A DNA stretch of 32,103 bases from Lentisphaerota bacterium (GCA_020201415.1 JAIVGW010000228.1:1-32103), one strand, 5' to 3'; positions 18,284 to 28,237 are shown, counted from the first letter of the stretch. Numbers and translations: made by a program. Notes: generated by a model from the letters alone, not told the origin.

Positions 18284-20529
18284 ATGCTTGAAATGGAACA
18301 TATTTTTTCGCGCAATACGCGGCGCGCCATATGGGTGCTTTGCTGCCTGGGAGTGGCCGGCGGCGCTTTACTTTCCGCTGTCGAACCGCCGGACGGAGTG
18401 GACGACAACCCGCCCCCGGCCGCCGCGCCCGATACGCCCCCACCGCCCTTTTTCGGCCCCGTGACGCCCTTGCCGGACGCGGACAGCGACGCCCCGACCA
18501 CCCCCTTCCCGGGGTTCACGCCTTCCTCGCGGTAATCACCCTCAAGTGTCCGCAGCGTATTCCCCGCAGCGAGGCGCTGCTGGCCATTGAGGGAATTCTC
18601 GGCATGCACGGCATAGCGCTGGTGCCGATGGGCGACAAATTCCTGCGTGTCGTGCCCATCGCTGTGGCGCGCCAGTCCGGCATGCCCACCGGCACCGGTC
18701 CATTATCCACGGAAATCGAGGAAACCGGACACCTGGTAAGCCGCATCGTTGAGTTGAAACACATTGAGACCAGCGAGGCCCAAAGCGCACTGGAAAATCT
18801 CATCAGCCCCAGCGGCAAGATCATGACGCTGGATCGCATCAATTGCCTGCTGATCACCGATTCCGCAATCAATCTCAAACGCATCTACGAAATCCTGGAA
18901 TTGCTGGACCTGCCGATGGGTTCACGTGAAGAACTGCGGATCTTTCCGATTATCCACGCCAAGGCCTCCGAGGTTCAAGCGAAGATTGAAACCATCATCG
19001 CCGATGCCGATGCCAGCGACAATCGCTCCGACATGCTGCGGCGTCAACTGCTGGCATCCCGCCTGCGCCGATCCCAGCCGCCTGCCGGCGCGCCCGGGTT
19101 TCAACCGCAACAGCCGGCTACGGACACTCAGGCGGGTACGGAAAAGGGGCTGGTCCAGGGGCGTGTCAAGATAGTCGCTGACGACCGCACCAACGCCTTG
19201 ATCATCATCGCCCGCCCCGACCAGTTTGCGTTCTTCGAAAACATCATTGAGGCCCTGGACAAGCAGGTGGAGCCGGAAGTCGCCATCAAGGTCATACGCC
19301 TGGAATATGCCGATGCCGAAAAAGTCGTCACCGTGCTCAACAATCTGGTGGGCACGGGCGAGCAGGGCAGCGCCCGGTCGGGGTCCGCCGACTCTGCCGG
19401 CCTGCAGCGCTCCGTCAACCCGCTGATGCCCTCGCCCCCCGCCATCCGGTCGGAACGCGACACATCGGCGGGCCCGGAAATCACCATTGAAGGCCGCCTC
19501 TCCGCCGACGTTAAAATCATTGCCGACCCCCGCATCAACGCCCTGCTGATAATGGCCAGCCGCAGCGATATGACGATCATCGAGGACGTATTGTCCAAAG
19601 TGGACGTCATGCTCTCGCAGGTGCTGATTGAAGTTGTGATTATTGAAGTGGGATTGGATGACCAGGTCCGTCTGGGTGTGGATTGGCTGCAGCGGTCCAT
19701 GATTGCATACAACGAGCAACAGGGAGGAGGGAGTCGCCCCTTCATGAGTTTTGCCGGCACCAGCCGCGCGCAGACGGCCGGCCAGATCCGCAACGCCTCG
19801 CTGATCAACACCGTCGCCGATAATACCGCCGCTGCCGGCTCAGGGCTGACTTACTACTTCACGCTTTTCGACCTCAACGTGGACGCGGTTCTGAACATGC
19901 TGGCCACCACCTCGGAAGCTCGCATTCTTTCCACCCCCATCATCCTGACCACCGACAACACCGAGGCCAAGATTCTGGTCGGCGAAAAGCGTCCGATTGT
20001 CACATCCACCAGCATGTCCGCCGGCGGTGTGCAGCAATCGGCCTACCAATACACCAACATCGGCATCGAACTCAACGTCACCCCGCGCATCAACAAAAAG
20101 GGGTTTGTGGTGATGGAAATCAACCAGAAAATTGACAATACCGGCAGCGACGTCCGCATCGACAACAATCTGGTGCCGGTCATCACCACCCGCGAGTTCA
20201 ATGCATCCATCGCCGTTGACGACGGACGGACAATCGTGCTGGGCGGTCTGGTCAGCACGGATGACAACAAGGGGCGCAGCAAAATCCCTATTTTGGGCGA
20301 CATCCCCCTGCTGGGCCTGCTGTTTCGTTCCGACAACAACAAGAATACGCGTCGGGAATTGCTGGTCATGATCACGCCTTACGTGCTCGACACACCGCAG
20401 AAGGTATTGGACGAAACCTCCCGCCGCCATGGCGCCATGGGTGAAATGACCAACATGTGGATGAAAGGCTGGAGCGCCAGCGACCTGGCCGCACCGGCGC
20501 TTGAGGAAGAAGACGCCGAGCAGGACTGA
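18284..20529 (+). CDS. gspD: Secretin (GspD/PilQ family outer-membrane channel); frame break after the signal peptide / Pro-rich linker
   Basis: The main frame (18331-20529) has repeated N-domains and the classic secretin C-terminus (VLGGLVSTDDNKGRSKIPILGDIPLLGLLFRS...RELLVMITPYVL). The signal peptide (MLEMEHIFSRNTRRAIWVLCCLGVAGGALLS) and the Pro-rich linker are in another frame, which stops at 18535. Confidence 0.8.
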
Positions 20530-20539
20530 AAGGGATACC

Positions 20540-21013
20540 ATGATTTCTATTCGCCGCATCAAACCATCCGATAACGACCATGTGCGCGCATTGATCGACT
20601 CCATTATGCAGGAGGAGTTCGCCACCACCAACCAGGCTTATGCCCGGCATGATCTGGAAGATCCGGCCGCCTACTATAATGGCAGCAAGGACATCTTCCT
20701 GGTGGCGGAAAAAGACGGGCGGATCATCGGCACGGTGGCCATCAAGGAGGACTCACCCACCAGCGCCCTGCTGCGGCGTATTTTCGTACGCAAGGAATGC
20801 CGCGGCCAGGGCTGTGGCGACATGCTGCTGCGCAAAGCCATCGAGTTCTGCTTTGAGCATCACTACCAGAATGTAACATTCCGGGGCACGGACCAGATGC
20901 AGCAGGCGCTCAAGCTGTGCCTGAAAGAGGGATTCAAGGAAGATGACATCGTTGCCACCGATGCCTTCAAAATGTTTATCCTGAACAAACAGCTGGAAAC
21001 CCGGTCAACCTGA
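20540..21013 (+). CDS. GNAT family N-acetyltransferase
   Basis: Start MISIRRIKPSD at 20540. The acetyl-CoA binding motif A is present as RRIFVRKECRGQGCGDMLLRKA. Length is 157 aa. Confidence 0.85.
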   Translation: MISIRRIKPSDNDHVRALIDSIMQEEFATTNQAYARHDLEDPAAYYNGSKDIFLVAEKDGRIIGTVAIKEDSPTSALLRRIFVRKECRGQGCGDMLLRKAIEFCFEHHYQNVTFRGTDQMQQALKLCLKEGFKEDDIVATDAFKMFILNKQLETRST

Positions 21014-21016
21014 CGT

Positions 21017-21571
21017 TCAATTGGTGTTGGTCAGCTTCTTGAGTTCGTCCCGCAGACGCGCGGCGTCTTCATAACGCTCCTCTTCCACGGCGCGGGCAAT
21101 CTGTTGCTTGACGTCCTCAATACGCGAGGTCTGCGGGTGCTCATGCGCGCCTTGTCCCAGCGCCCCCTCCACCGGCTCGGCTAGCACCACGCCGGCGGTA
21201 TCCATGACTTCCGGCGCCACGAAGATCGGAGCCGAACAACGCAGGGCCAGGGCAATGGCATCGCTGGGCCGGGCGTCAATCTCCGAATTCCGCCCGTTAT
21301 TTTCCAGAATCATCCGGGCATAAAAAGTATTGTCCTGTAAAGCAAAGATTTCCACGCGCTTCATCCGGCATTCCAGGTTGTCGAGCACCTCCTTGAAGAG
21401 ATCGTGCGTCAGTGGTCGGGGCACCTTGACCTTGTCGAGACAAAAGGCAATCGCCTGCGCTTCCGGCGCGCCAATAAACACCGGCAGCGCCCGTGCCTTG
21501 CCGGTCTCGCGCAGAAAGACCACAAAACCCATGTTGGATAGTGAAACCTGTACAACCTGAACGGGAATCAT
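21017..21571 (-). CDS. Bifunctional nuclease (BFN/DUF151) domain protein with C-terminal UVR motif
   Basis: Start MIPVQV at 21571. LPVFIGAPEAQAI...PRPLTHDL...DNTFYA...DARPSDAIALALR matches the BFN family, and the C-terminal EEERYEDAARLRDEL is a UvrB/C-type motif. Confidence 0.85.
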   Translation of the reverse strand: MIPVQVVQVSLSNMGFVVFLRETGKARALPVFIGAPEAQAIAFCLDKVKVPRPLTHDLFKEVLDNLECRMKRVEIFALQDNTFYARMILENNGRNSEIDARPSDAIALALRCSAPIFVAPEVMDTAGVVLAEPVEGALGQGAHEHPQTSRIEDVKQQIARAVEEERYEDAARLRDELKKLTNTN

Positions 21572-21726
21572 ATTTTCACTCTCTTTTCCACCTTCACATG
21601 CAGCCCGCGTATATAATGCCAACGCCGACGTTAAACCCGGCGATCAGACGAAAACGATTGCAAGAATTCTCTCATCTCCTTGCATTGTTTTGATTTTACG
21701 GCCATTGCTCCCACAGTCAAGTCGTT

Positions 21727-23064
21727 TCATCCTGAGACTTGGGAATCATATACCCAGAGATAACGACGGTTATACACCACCGTCATGCGCTGATCCTCCG
21801 CGGTCACCAGATCCTTGAGCGCATAACCGAACCCCAAGTCATCCAGGCGTAATCCCGCCATGGCGGGATATTGCCGCCACGGAGTCCGCGGCAAGCCGGC
21901 CGGGGCGGGAAAGCGCAGCGCCACTTCACCGGCGCCGTCCATGCCCCAGGGCCAGCCACCATCGGCAAATCCAATCCAATCGCGCCGGTTTCCGGTGATG
22001 GTCAGCAACGGACGGTTGCGATGGAAACGCCGAATTTGTTCTCCGGGATCCTTCAAGTCAACTATTGTCATATCAGCATGCAACCGGTCAACATTTCTGC
22101 GCCACAGGCGCTGCCCCTGCATGTCATACAGGGTAACGGCCGTGTCACCATGACAATTATAAAACGCCGCTTGCCGCCGGCCCTGCCCGCCTGGATCAAA
22201 ACGCCCTACCGCCACACCCTGGACATGCTTGTCCATGACACTGAATAACGTCCCGCCGCCATCCGATAACACATGACCGTACGGCGTACCGGCAGCCATG
22301 GCATACATCCGGCGGCCATTTTCATCCAGCCAGGTGGCTGTAAAATCCACATGCTGCAGCCGGGCATCAAGCTTTTCAGGATCGACAGCGTCCACCATCC
22401 AGGCAAGCGTCCCCTTAGGATGCAAGGCGCAATAACCAATCAGATACCCGGGTTGACCGTCCGGCATGGTTATGGTCAGGATATGATGTCCGCCACCAGG
22501 CACGGTACGCGGCCCCCAGACAACCTCCAAAGCGCTGTTCAACCCCAGCACCGGCTGGCCACAGGCCCAAGGGTCAGCGCCACCCTCGCTGTTCTTGGCC
22601 ACCAGAGCCGCCTCGCCGGGGCCGGTTGCCGCACCGAGCGCATGGATAATATAATAATAGTCAGCCAGCAGTGGCACCAGACGCTTTTCACGACCACTGG
22701 CGCCATCCAGCACCGCCAGGGCATCCCCCAGCGCCACAACCACTTCGGCCTGACCGTCGCCATCGATATCGCCAATCGTAACACAATCTTCATTGCCATG
22801 TGACAGATATGGCGGATCGGAGGGATTGGGTTCACCCCAGGACCACAGGCGCCGCCCGACGAGGTCAAACGCCGATACGCAAGTGTGGCATGGTAAAAAC
22901 GGCTGGAATTTGGGATTTTCGCGGAAAGACCGCGCGCCGAAAATCCCAGGTCCTTGATAGGTTATTATCTCCGGCAGGCCGTCATTGTTAATGTCGGCAA
23001 AAAATGTCTCAGCGCCACCGTAAGCACCCAAATCCATGGTCCGGATCAATTTGGCTGATTTCAT
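21727..23064 (-). CDS. FG-GAP/VCBS-like beta-propeller protein (function unknown, possibly polysaccharide-lyase-like)
   Basis: Start MKSAKL at 23064. The Ca-binding-type repeats DINNDGLPEI and GDIDGDGQAEVVV are present. I see no obvious signal peptide. Confidence 0.6.
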   Translation of the reverse strand: MKSAKLIRTMDLGAYGGAETFFADINNDGLPEIITYQGPGIFGARSFRENPKFQPFLPCHTCVSAFDLVGRRLWSWGEPNPSDPPYLSHGNEDCVTIGDIDGDGQAEVVVALGDALAVLDGASGREKRLVPLLADYYYIIHALGAATGPGEAALVAKNSEGGADPWACGQPVLGLNSALEVVWGPRTVPGGGHHILTITMPDGQPGYLIGYCALHPKGTLAWMVDAVDPEKLDARLQHVDFTATWLDENGRRMYAMAAGTPYGHVLSDGGGTLFSVMDKHVQGVAVGRFDPGGQGRRQAAFYNCHGDTAVTLYDMQGQRLWRRNVDRLHADMTIVDLKDPGEQIRRFHRNRPLLTITGNRRDWIGFADGGWPWGMDGAGEVALRFPAPAGLPRTPWRQYPAMAGLRLDDLGFGYALKDLVTAEDQRMTVVYNRRYLWVYDSQVSG

Positions 23065-23177
23065 GAAAAGCCCTCGTATGACCGGTATTATGCATGCGTC
23101 GTTTTCTTTAAATATAACGTCAGACGGCAGACACGCCAAGCCTTTTCGCGTTTTGGGCAGTGCGCAGGCAAAGGTAT

Positions 23178-23206
23178 TTGACCATGCGCCTGATGTTCGT
23201 TACAAT
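23178..23206 (+). promoter_or_regulatory. Candidate sigma70-type promoter for helD
   Basis: TTGACC (23178-23183), a 17-nt spacer, then TACAAT (23201-23206), 26 nt upstream of the helD ATG. AAGGA lies 6 nt before the start. Confidence 0.5.
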
Positions 23207-23231
23207 GATAGTTTTACAAATAAGGAAAATA

Positions 23232-25367
23232 ATGACCGACGAATGCATCAACGTAAGCGAAGCGGCGGAGCGCGCCCATCTGGAGCGTGTCCGCACATCA
23301 ATCAAATTGGACCTGGACAAGCTCGGCCATTCCGTAGACTCGCAATACTCGGATGTAATTGAACTGAAGCATTATCTGCAGGAAAACAAAACGGATATGG
23401 ACCATGCGGAAAAGGCTTCCGTGCGCCAATCCATTGAGCAAATGGCCATGATTGGCGATCACAGCGCGAAACGCAAGCGCCAGCTACACAAGTTGTACCA
23501 GAACGCATATTTCGGCCGTATTGACTTCAGGCCGGGCGCCGGGCAAGCGGTCCATCCGGTATATATCGGCATTCACGCCTTCCACGACCATGACCGCAAC
23601 CTGCACCTGGTCCATGATTGGCGCGCTCCCATTGCCAGCATGTTTTACGATTTTGAATTAGGCGAAGCTTTTTTTGACGCGCCCGAGGGGCGCGTTGACG
23701 GCGCATTGATTTTAAAGCGTCAATACCGCATCAAGCAGGGCACATTGGAGTTCATGCTGGAAACCTCCCTTAACATCCATGATGAGATATTGCAGCAGGA
23801 ATTGAGCCGGGCATCCGACGACAAGATGAAAAACATTGTCGCCACGATCCAACGCGACCAGAACGCCATCATCCGGAATGCCCACACGCACGCGCTGGTC
23901 ATACAGGGCGCGGCCGGATCCGGCAAGACCTCAATCGCTTTGCATCGGATCGCCTTTTTGCTTTATAAATTCAAAGACAACATAAGCGCCAAAGACATTT
24001 TGATCATTTCACCCAACAATGTCTTCGCCCATTACATATCCAAGGTCTTGCCGGAACTTGGCGAAGAAATGATTCAGGCAACCACCATGGAGGCATTGGG
24101 CGACTACCTGCTTGACTACAAAGTGCCTTTCCAGAGTTTTTATGAACAGGTGGCCACGCTGCTTGAAGCCCGCGACGATGGCTATAGCGACCGCATTCTT
24201 TTTAAAGCCATGCCGGATTTTCTGGACCGTCTCGAAGATTACGCCCGCCATGTCCGCAACTCCAATTTGCGGGCCGCGGACCTGGAAGCCGGCGGCCACA
24301 GTTTGCCCGCCGCCTGGATTGCCGAGCGGTTCCACCGTTGCGGCGCCATGCCTTACGCCCGCCAGATCAACCAGGTAACGGAAGCCATTGTCAGCCGGAT
24401 GCAACTTGAATACGGACTGGAAATCACCGGCAAGGCGCGCGCCGGTGTCCGCACCCAGTTAAAGAAAATGTTCACCTGCATGGATCTGCTAAAACTCTAT
24501 CGAACCTTTTACGACTGGCTGGACCGGCCGGACATGTTTCAAACCGGTCCGGACAAGCGGTATGAATATGCTGACGTATTCCCGCTGATTTACCTGAAAA
24601 TGCTGCTGGAAGGCGCCCAACCGCATGATCGGATCAAACACCTGGTAATCGATGAGATGCAGGATTACACTTCGGTACAATATCAGGTAATCGCCCGCCT
24701 GTTTCGCTGCCGCAAGACCATTCTTGGCGATCAGAACCAGGCCGTCAACCCCTTCAGCGCCTCGTCAGCCGAAACCATACGGGAGCGCATGCCATACGCC
24801 GAGTGTATCCACATGAACAAGAGCTATCGCTCGACGCTGCAGATTACCCAGTTGGCGCAGCAGATCAACCGTAACGAACGGCTCATTCCCATCGCCCGGC
24901 ACGGCGACGAGCCCGACCTTATCTTCTGCGCCGATACCGAGGAGGAATTCGATATCATCCGGCAGCGGGTGCAGGCATTTTTGGATGCGGATCACAACTC
25001 GCTGGGCGTTATCTGTAAGACCCAAAAACAGGCCCGCACGCTTTTTGACCGCCTCCGCGACCTCGACGACCGCATCCATCTGCTCCATGCCGGAAGCACG
25101 ACCTTCAACGGCGGCGTCAGCGTGGCCACCGCACACCTGACCAAGGGCCTGGAGTTTGACCAAGTCATCGTCCCCTTCTGTAACGCCGCCAACTACCGCA
25201 GTCTCATGGACCGGCACATGCTTTATGTGGCCTGCACCCGGGCCATGCACAAGCTCAGCCTGACCCACACGGGAAACTGCTCGCCGTTCCTGAGGGCCGT
25301 TGGGGCAGGGAAACCGGCGCGGCACCCTCCGGCGCGGCCAGCGGCGCACAAGCTGTGCCCGGCTTAG
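23232..25367 (+). CDS. helD: HelD-type UvrD-like helicase (RNA polymerase recycling ATPase / helicase IV-like)
   Basis: Start MTDECINV at 23232. YFGRIDF...WRAPIASMFYDF...LKRQYRIKQGTL...MKNIVATIQRDQNAIIR...VIQGAAGSGKTS is collinear with Bacillus HelD as I recall it. DEMQDY, GDQNQ, KGLEFD and LYVACTRAM are also present. Confidence 0.85.
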   Translation: MTDECINVSEAAERAHLERVRTSIKLDLDKLGHSVDSQYSDVIELKHYLQENKTDMDHAEKASVRQSIEQMAMIGDHSAKRKRQLHKLYQNAYFGRIDFRPGAGQAVHPVYIGIHAFHDHDRNLHLVHDWRAPIASMFYDFELGEAFFDAPEGRVDGALILKRQYRIKQGTLEFMLETSLNIHDEILQQELSRASDDKMKNIVATIQRDQNAIIRNAHTHALVIQGAAGSGKTSIALHRIAFLLYKFKDNISAKDILIISPNNVFAHYISKVLPELGEEMIQATTMEALGDYLLDYKVPFQSFYEQVATLLEARDDGYSDRILFKAMPDFLDRLEDYARHVRNSNLRAADLEAGGHSLPAAWIAERFHRCGAMPYARQINQVTEAIVSRMQLEYGLEITGKARAGVRTQLKKMFTCMDLLKLYRTFYDWLDRPDMFQTGPDKRYEYADVFPLIYLKMLLEGAQPHDRIKHLVIDEMQDYTSVQYQVIARLFRCRKTILGDQNQAVNPFSASSAETIRERMPYAECIHMNKSYRSTLQITQLAQQINRNERLIPIARHGDEPDLIFCADTEEEFDIIRQRVQAFLDADHNSLGVICKTQKQARTLFDRLRDLDDRIHLLHAGSTTFNGGVSVATAHLTKGLEFDQVIVPFCNAANYRSLMDRHMLYVACTRAMHKLSLTHTGNCSPFLRAVGAGKPARHPPARPAAHKLCPA

Positions 25368-25408
25368 GCGACCTGCAGCATGCCTGATTGATTCCGTTGT
25401 TGGCCAAG

Positions 25409-25843
25409 TCAGCGGCCCCGGCGGACGATGATGGCGCAGGCAGCCCGATCGGCACGGGAGAGATCTATTTCGTAACTGAACCCGAGCGGTTCCAGAACCC
25501 GCCGATAAAGTAAATCGCAATGCCGGCAGTAATCCGGATAGGGGTGGATCTGTCCATATTGCAGCAACCGCCCCTTTGACGGACAATGATGCATATCGAT
25601 ACGGAATTCGCCCAACTCCTCGTCCAGCGTCATGGTGAAATCGGCAGCTTCCTCGTTAAGGGTTTGCTGCCAATACAGCCAGCAGCCGCGCAGCCCATGT
25701 TCACGCGCCAGCTCACGCAAATTGTCGAGGTAGCGGTCGGAAAGATGTTCCCAGAACTTAACCACCGCCGGACGGCCGCCCTGCTCCTCCAGATACTTGA
25801 ACAACTCGCTGTAAGCGGGAATGAATTCGGTGCAGGAAATCAT
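25409..25843 (-). CDS. Small Cys-containing hypothetical protein (144 aa), paralogue of the upstream gene
   Basis: ATGA overlap with the upstream gene at 25840-25843. It shares the upstream gene's architecture: a helical N-terminal half, then FRIDMHHCP...YCRHCD...ACAIIVRR. Confidence 0.6.
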   Translation of the reverse strand: MISCTEFIPAYSELFKYLEEQGGRPAVVKFWEHLSDRYLDNLRELAREHGLRGCWLYWQQTLNEEAADFTMTLDEELGEFRIDMHHCPSKGRLLQYGQIHPYPDYCRHCDLLYRRVLEPLGFSYEIDLSRADRAACAIIVRRGR

Positions 25844-26307
25844 GGCAGCCTCCGCTTAAACAGACGGACTCCGGCGCCGGTGGCCGGATCATAATCCAGC
25901 AGGGTGAACACAAAAGGCGTGCCGGTGCAGATCGTCGCATAGACCGTGCGCACGGTCTCGACAAACCGGGCGCAGGGTTGGCGGCCCTGACGGCGGATAT
26001 GGACCACGGCCGGACATTCCAATACCTCCAGGCGTAATTGATCTGCATCACCGGCAAGCTTCATCCGGCCGCCTTCAATCCTGTAAATTTCCTCCAGGTA
26101 CTCCCGCAGGGCCGGCAAGCCACGCCGGCAGATAGCCGCAGTCAGGGGCGCATGGTAGGAGGCGGCAAACCGGCGCAGGTATTCGCGCACAGCCGCCGCA
26201 CCGTAATTGGCGTCCAGATAATCCAGGGCCTCATTCAATGCGCAATGGAAATCCCGGTGGAGATAAACATTATCGGCGGCCCGGCGGGTGATGGTCTCTC
26301 GGGGCAT
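25840..26307 (-). CDS. Small Cys-containing hypothetical protein (155 aa)
   Basis: Start MPRETI at 26307. LRLEVLECP...C...LLDYDPATGAGVRLFKRR parallels the downstream paralogue. Confidence 0.6.
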   Translation of the reverse strand: MPRETITRRAADNVYLHRDFHCALNEALDYLDANYGAAAVREYLRRFAASYHAPLTAAICRRGLPALREYLEEIYRIEGGRMKLAGDADQLRLEVLECPAVVHIRRQGRQPCARFVETVRTVYATICTGTPFVFTLLDYDPATGAGVRLFKRRLP

Positions 26308-26423
26308 GTCATCATACTTTCAGGAATTGGGCATCCCGCTGCATTACCCGCTTGATGGCGCGGCGGCAGGCATCCGTCAAAACGTATTGCGGATAATTCA
26401 GGCAGTTTTTAAAAATTCCCATT

Positions 26424-27128
26424 TCAACCAACAGTTGTTTCTCGCCGGCCAGCCAGCACTTGATGCGCCAGGAAGCCGTTGAACACACCGCCGCCCAGCA
26501 GCAACCCGTCATATCCGGCCTGCAGGTAGGGGATGCAGTTGAATTCCCAGCCGCTGAGGAGAGTCAGTCCCGGCCGGCGCCGGCGCAGGGCCAGCATCGC
26601 CCGCATGCGCTTGAGGTCGGCGGAACTGTCCTTGACCAGCACCACGCGCGGCTCGGCGCAAATTTCCGCCAGTATGGCCGGGGTAAGTCCCAGCGCGCCC
26701 GGACCGCGATCATAGATGCCGACCGGCAGCGGACTGCGACGGATGGTTTCCAGGTAAATATTCCGCACATGCACGGAAGTGGTATTAAAGACAAAATGCG
26801 GCGGCGCGATCACGGCGATATCCGCGCCGGCATCACGGACCATGGCGATGTTATCCAGCATGCGGGCGGCGGAATTGTCCGTCACCTGCGCCGCCAGCGG
26901 CACCTGTCCCTTAAGCTGGCGCGCGAAAAACTCCACCAGTTGCCGCCGCTGGCCGTTGGTCATCCAGGGCCCTTCGCCGTTGGTGCCGGCAATGAAATAA
27001 CCGTTGATGCCGAGCCGCCGGTCATGTTCCAGCATGCGATCGAGGGAACCTTGGTCCAGTTCCATACGGGCGGTGAAGGCGGTCGGCGCGGCCGACCAGA
27101 CCCCCCCGGGAAGGCGTTTGATTTTCAT
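26424..27128 (-). CDS. DHDPS/N-acetylneuraminate lyase family aldolase; C-terminus frame-shifted
   Basis: Start MKIKRLPGG at 27128. Family motifs GTNGEG, a Tyr in VGIYD and the Schiff-base Lys context VLVKDSS are present. The frame ends early at 26424. A second frame (to 26312) carries a plausible C-terminus ending 4 nt before the next gene. Confidence 0.75.
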   Translation of the reverse strand: MKIKRLPGGVWSAAPTAFTARMELDQGSLDRMLEHDRRLGINGYFIAGTNGEGPWMTNGQRRQLVEFFARQLKGQVPLAAQVTDNSAARMLDNIAMVRDAGADIAVIAPPHFVFNTTSVHVRNIYLETIRRSPLPVGIYDRGPGALGLTPAILAEICAEPRVVLVKDSSADLKRMRAMLALRRRRPGLTLLSGWEFNCIPYLQAGYDGLLLGGGVFNGFLAHQVLAGRRETTVG

Positions 27129-27199
27129 GGTTTCAACAAGATTTACCGTTTCAAAATAGTTATACGGGGGCGGCCCACCCGCCCCCGTACCGATGAGCA

Positions 27200-28237
27200 T
27201 CAGCCGTTGGGCAACATGACGGCCTTGACAATCGGCTGGCTGCCGTCAACGTTGGCCTGCAGGGTTTCACGCGCATTGTCGAAGCCGAAGGTGTGCGTGA
27301 TCAACTTGCTGCCGTCCACCAGTCCATCGCGCAACAGGCGGTTGGAAACGGGGAAGTTGATTGCCGGCTCGGCAAATGCCGGACGCAGGGTGATCTTACG
27401 GAAGATCAGATCGTTCACATCCACCTCGATCTTGTTGCGCCCGCCGAAATGCAGACCGAAAAAGGTGATGATGCCGCCAAACCGAATGATTTTCAGGGCA
27501 TCATACATGCTTTCCGGCGGCGAGCTGACAATCACGCGATCCACGCCATTAGGGAACTTGCTTTTGACGACCTCTTCCACATTCTGCTTGGCGACTTCCA
27601 CCAGGGTATCGCAACCGAAATCGGCGGCGACGTCGAAACGCGCCTGCTCCATGGCGGTGTCCCTGCTCAGACCGGTCAGGACAACATGGCCGGCGCCGCG
27701 CAGCCTGGCCAGGCGCGCGGCCATCAGCCCCAGCGGCCCGTTGCCGAGAACGGCCACGCTGGCGCCCAGGGGAATCTCCGTCAGCAATACGGCGGTCAGC
27801 GATACCGCCAGCGGCTCGGTCAGGCTGGCAATGGTGTAATCCAGACCCTCGAACTTGTTCAGCGAGTTATAGCGCACGGACATGTACTGCCCCAACCCGG
27901 GCTGGCCTTCCATGTCGTACATGTTACGGCAGAATTCCGGATGTCCGCTCTTGCAATTTTCACAGATACCGCACATCGAGCAATCCTCGACGATGACCCG
28001 GTCGCCGGGCTTCAGGACGGCGACATTTTTGCCGACTTCCACCACTTCGGCGGCTATCTCATGTCCCAGCGGCATGTGAGCATCCGGCCAATCGCGCACG
28101 AAATTTATGTCGGTGCCGCAGACGCCGCAGGCTCGCACCTTGACCAGAACATGGTCGTCATTCGGCGCTCCCAGCTCGCAGGTGCGCTCCTGGATATCCA
28201 AACCTTTTTTACCGAAAAGACCTTTACTTTGCATCAT
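27200..28237 (-). CDS. Zinc-dependent medium-chain alcohol/polyol dehydrogenase (sorbitol/threonine dehydrogenase-like)
   Basis: Start MMQSKG at 28237 or 28234, next to AAGGAG. The first 101 codons of the track ORF are not coding. Motifs present: catalytic CGVCGTD and GHE, the structural-Zn Cys cluster CSMCGICENCKSGHPEFC, and the Rossmann motif GNGPLG. Confidence 0.85.
   Translation of the reverse strand: MMQSKGLFGKKGLDIQERTCELGAPNDDHVLVKVRACGVCGTDINFVRDWPDAHMPLGHEIAAEVVEVGKNVAVLKPGDRVIVEDCSMCGICENCKSGHPEFCRNMYDMEGQPGLGQYMSVRYNSLNKFEGLDYTIASLTEPLAVSLTAVLLTEIPLGASVAVLGNGPLGLMAARLARLRGAGHVVLTGLSRDTAMEQARFDVAADFGCDTLVEVAKQNVEEVVKSKFPNGVDRVIVSSPPESMYDALKIIRFGGIITFFGLHFGGRNKIEVDVNDLIFRKITLRPAFAEPAINFPVSNRLLRDGLVDGSKLITHTFGFDNARETLQANVDGSQPIVKAVMLPNG

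Noticed and set aside
21659-21684. 6-bp stem (TGCAAG / CTTGCA, 14-nt loop) downstream of the FG-GAP gene, considered as a terminator.
   Set aside because: The stem is short and AT-containing, the loop is large, and the flanks are only partly T-rich. This is below what I would call a terminator.
20540-25367. GNAT + BFN nuclease + UvrD-like helicase as a possible defence island.
   Set aside because: The genes are on different strands, with convergent and divergent orientations and separate promoters. The helicase is collinear with housekeeping HelD, and BFN/UVR proteins are common housekeeping-type genes. There is no operon structure or other defence hallmark.
6888-26470. Programmed ribosomal frameshifting as the explanation for the frame switches.
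   Set aside because: In each case conserved protein segments are missing, not just displaced. No slippery heptamers or stimulatory structures occur at the junctions, and the events affect unrelated housekeeping-type genes.
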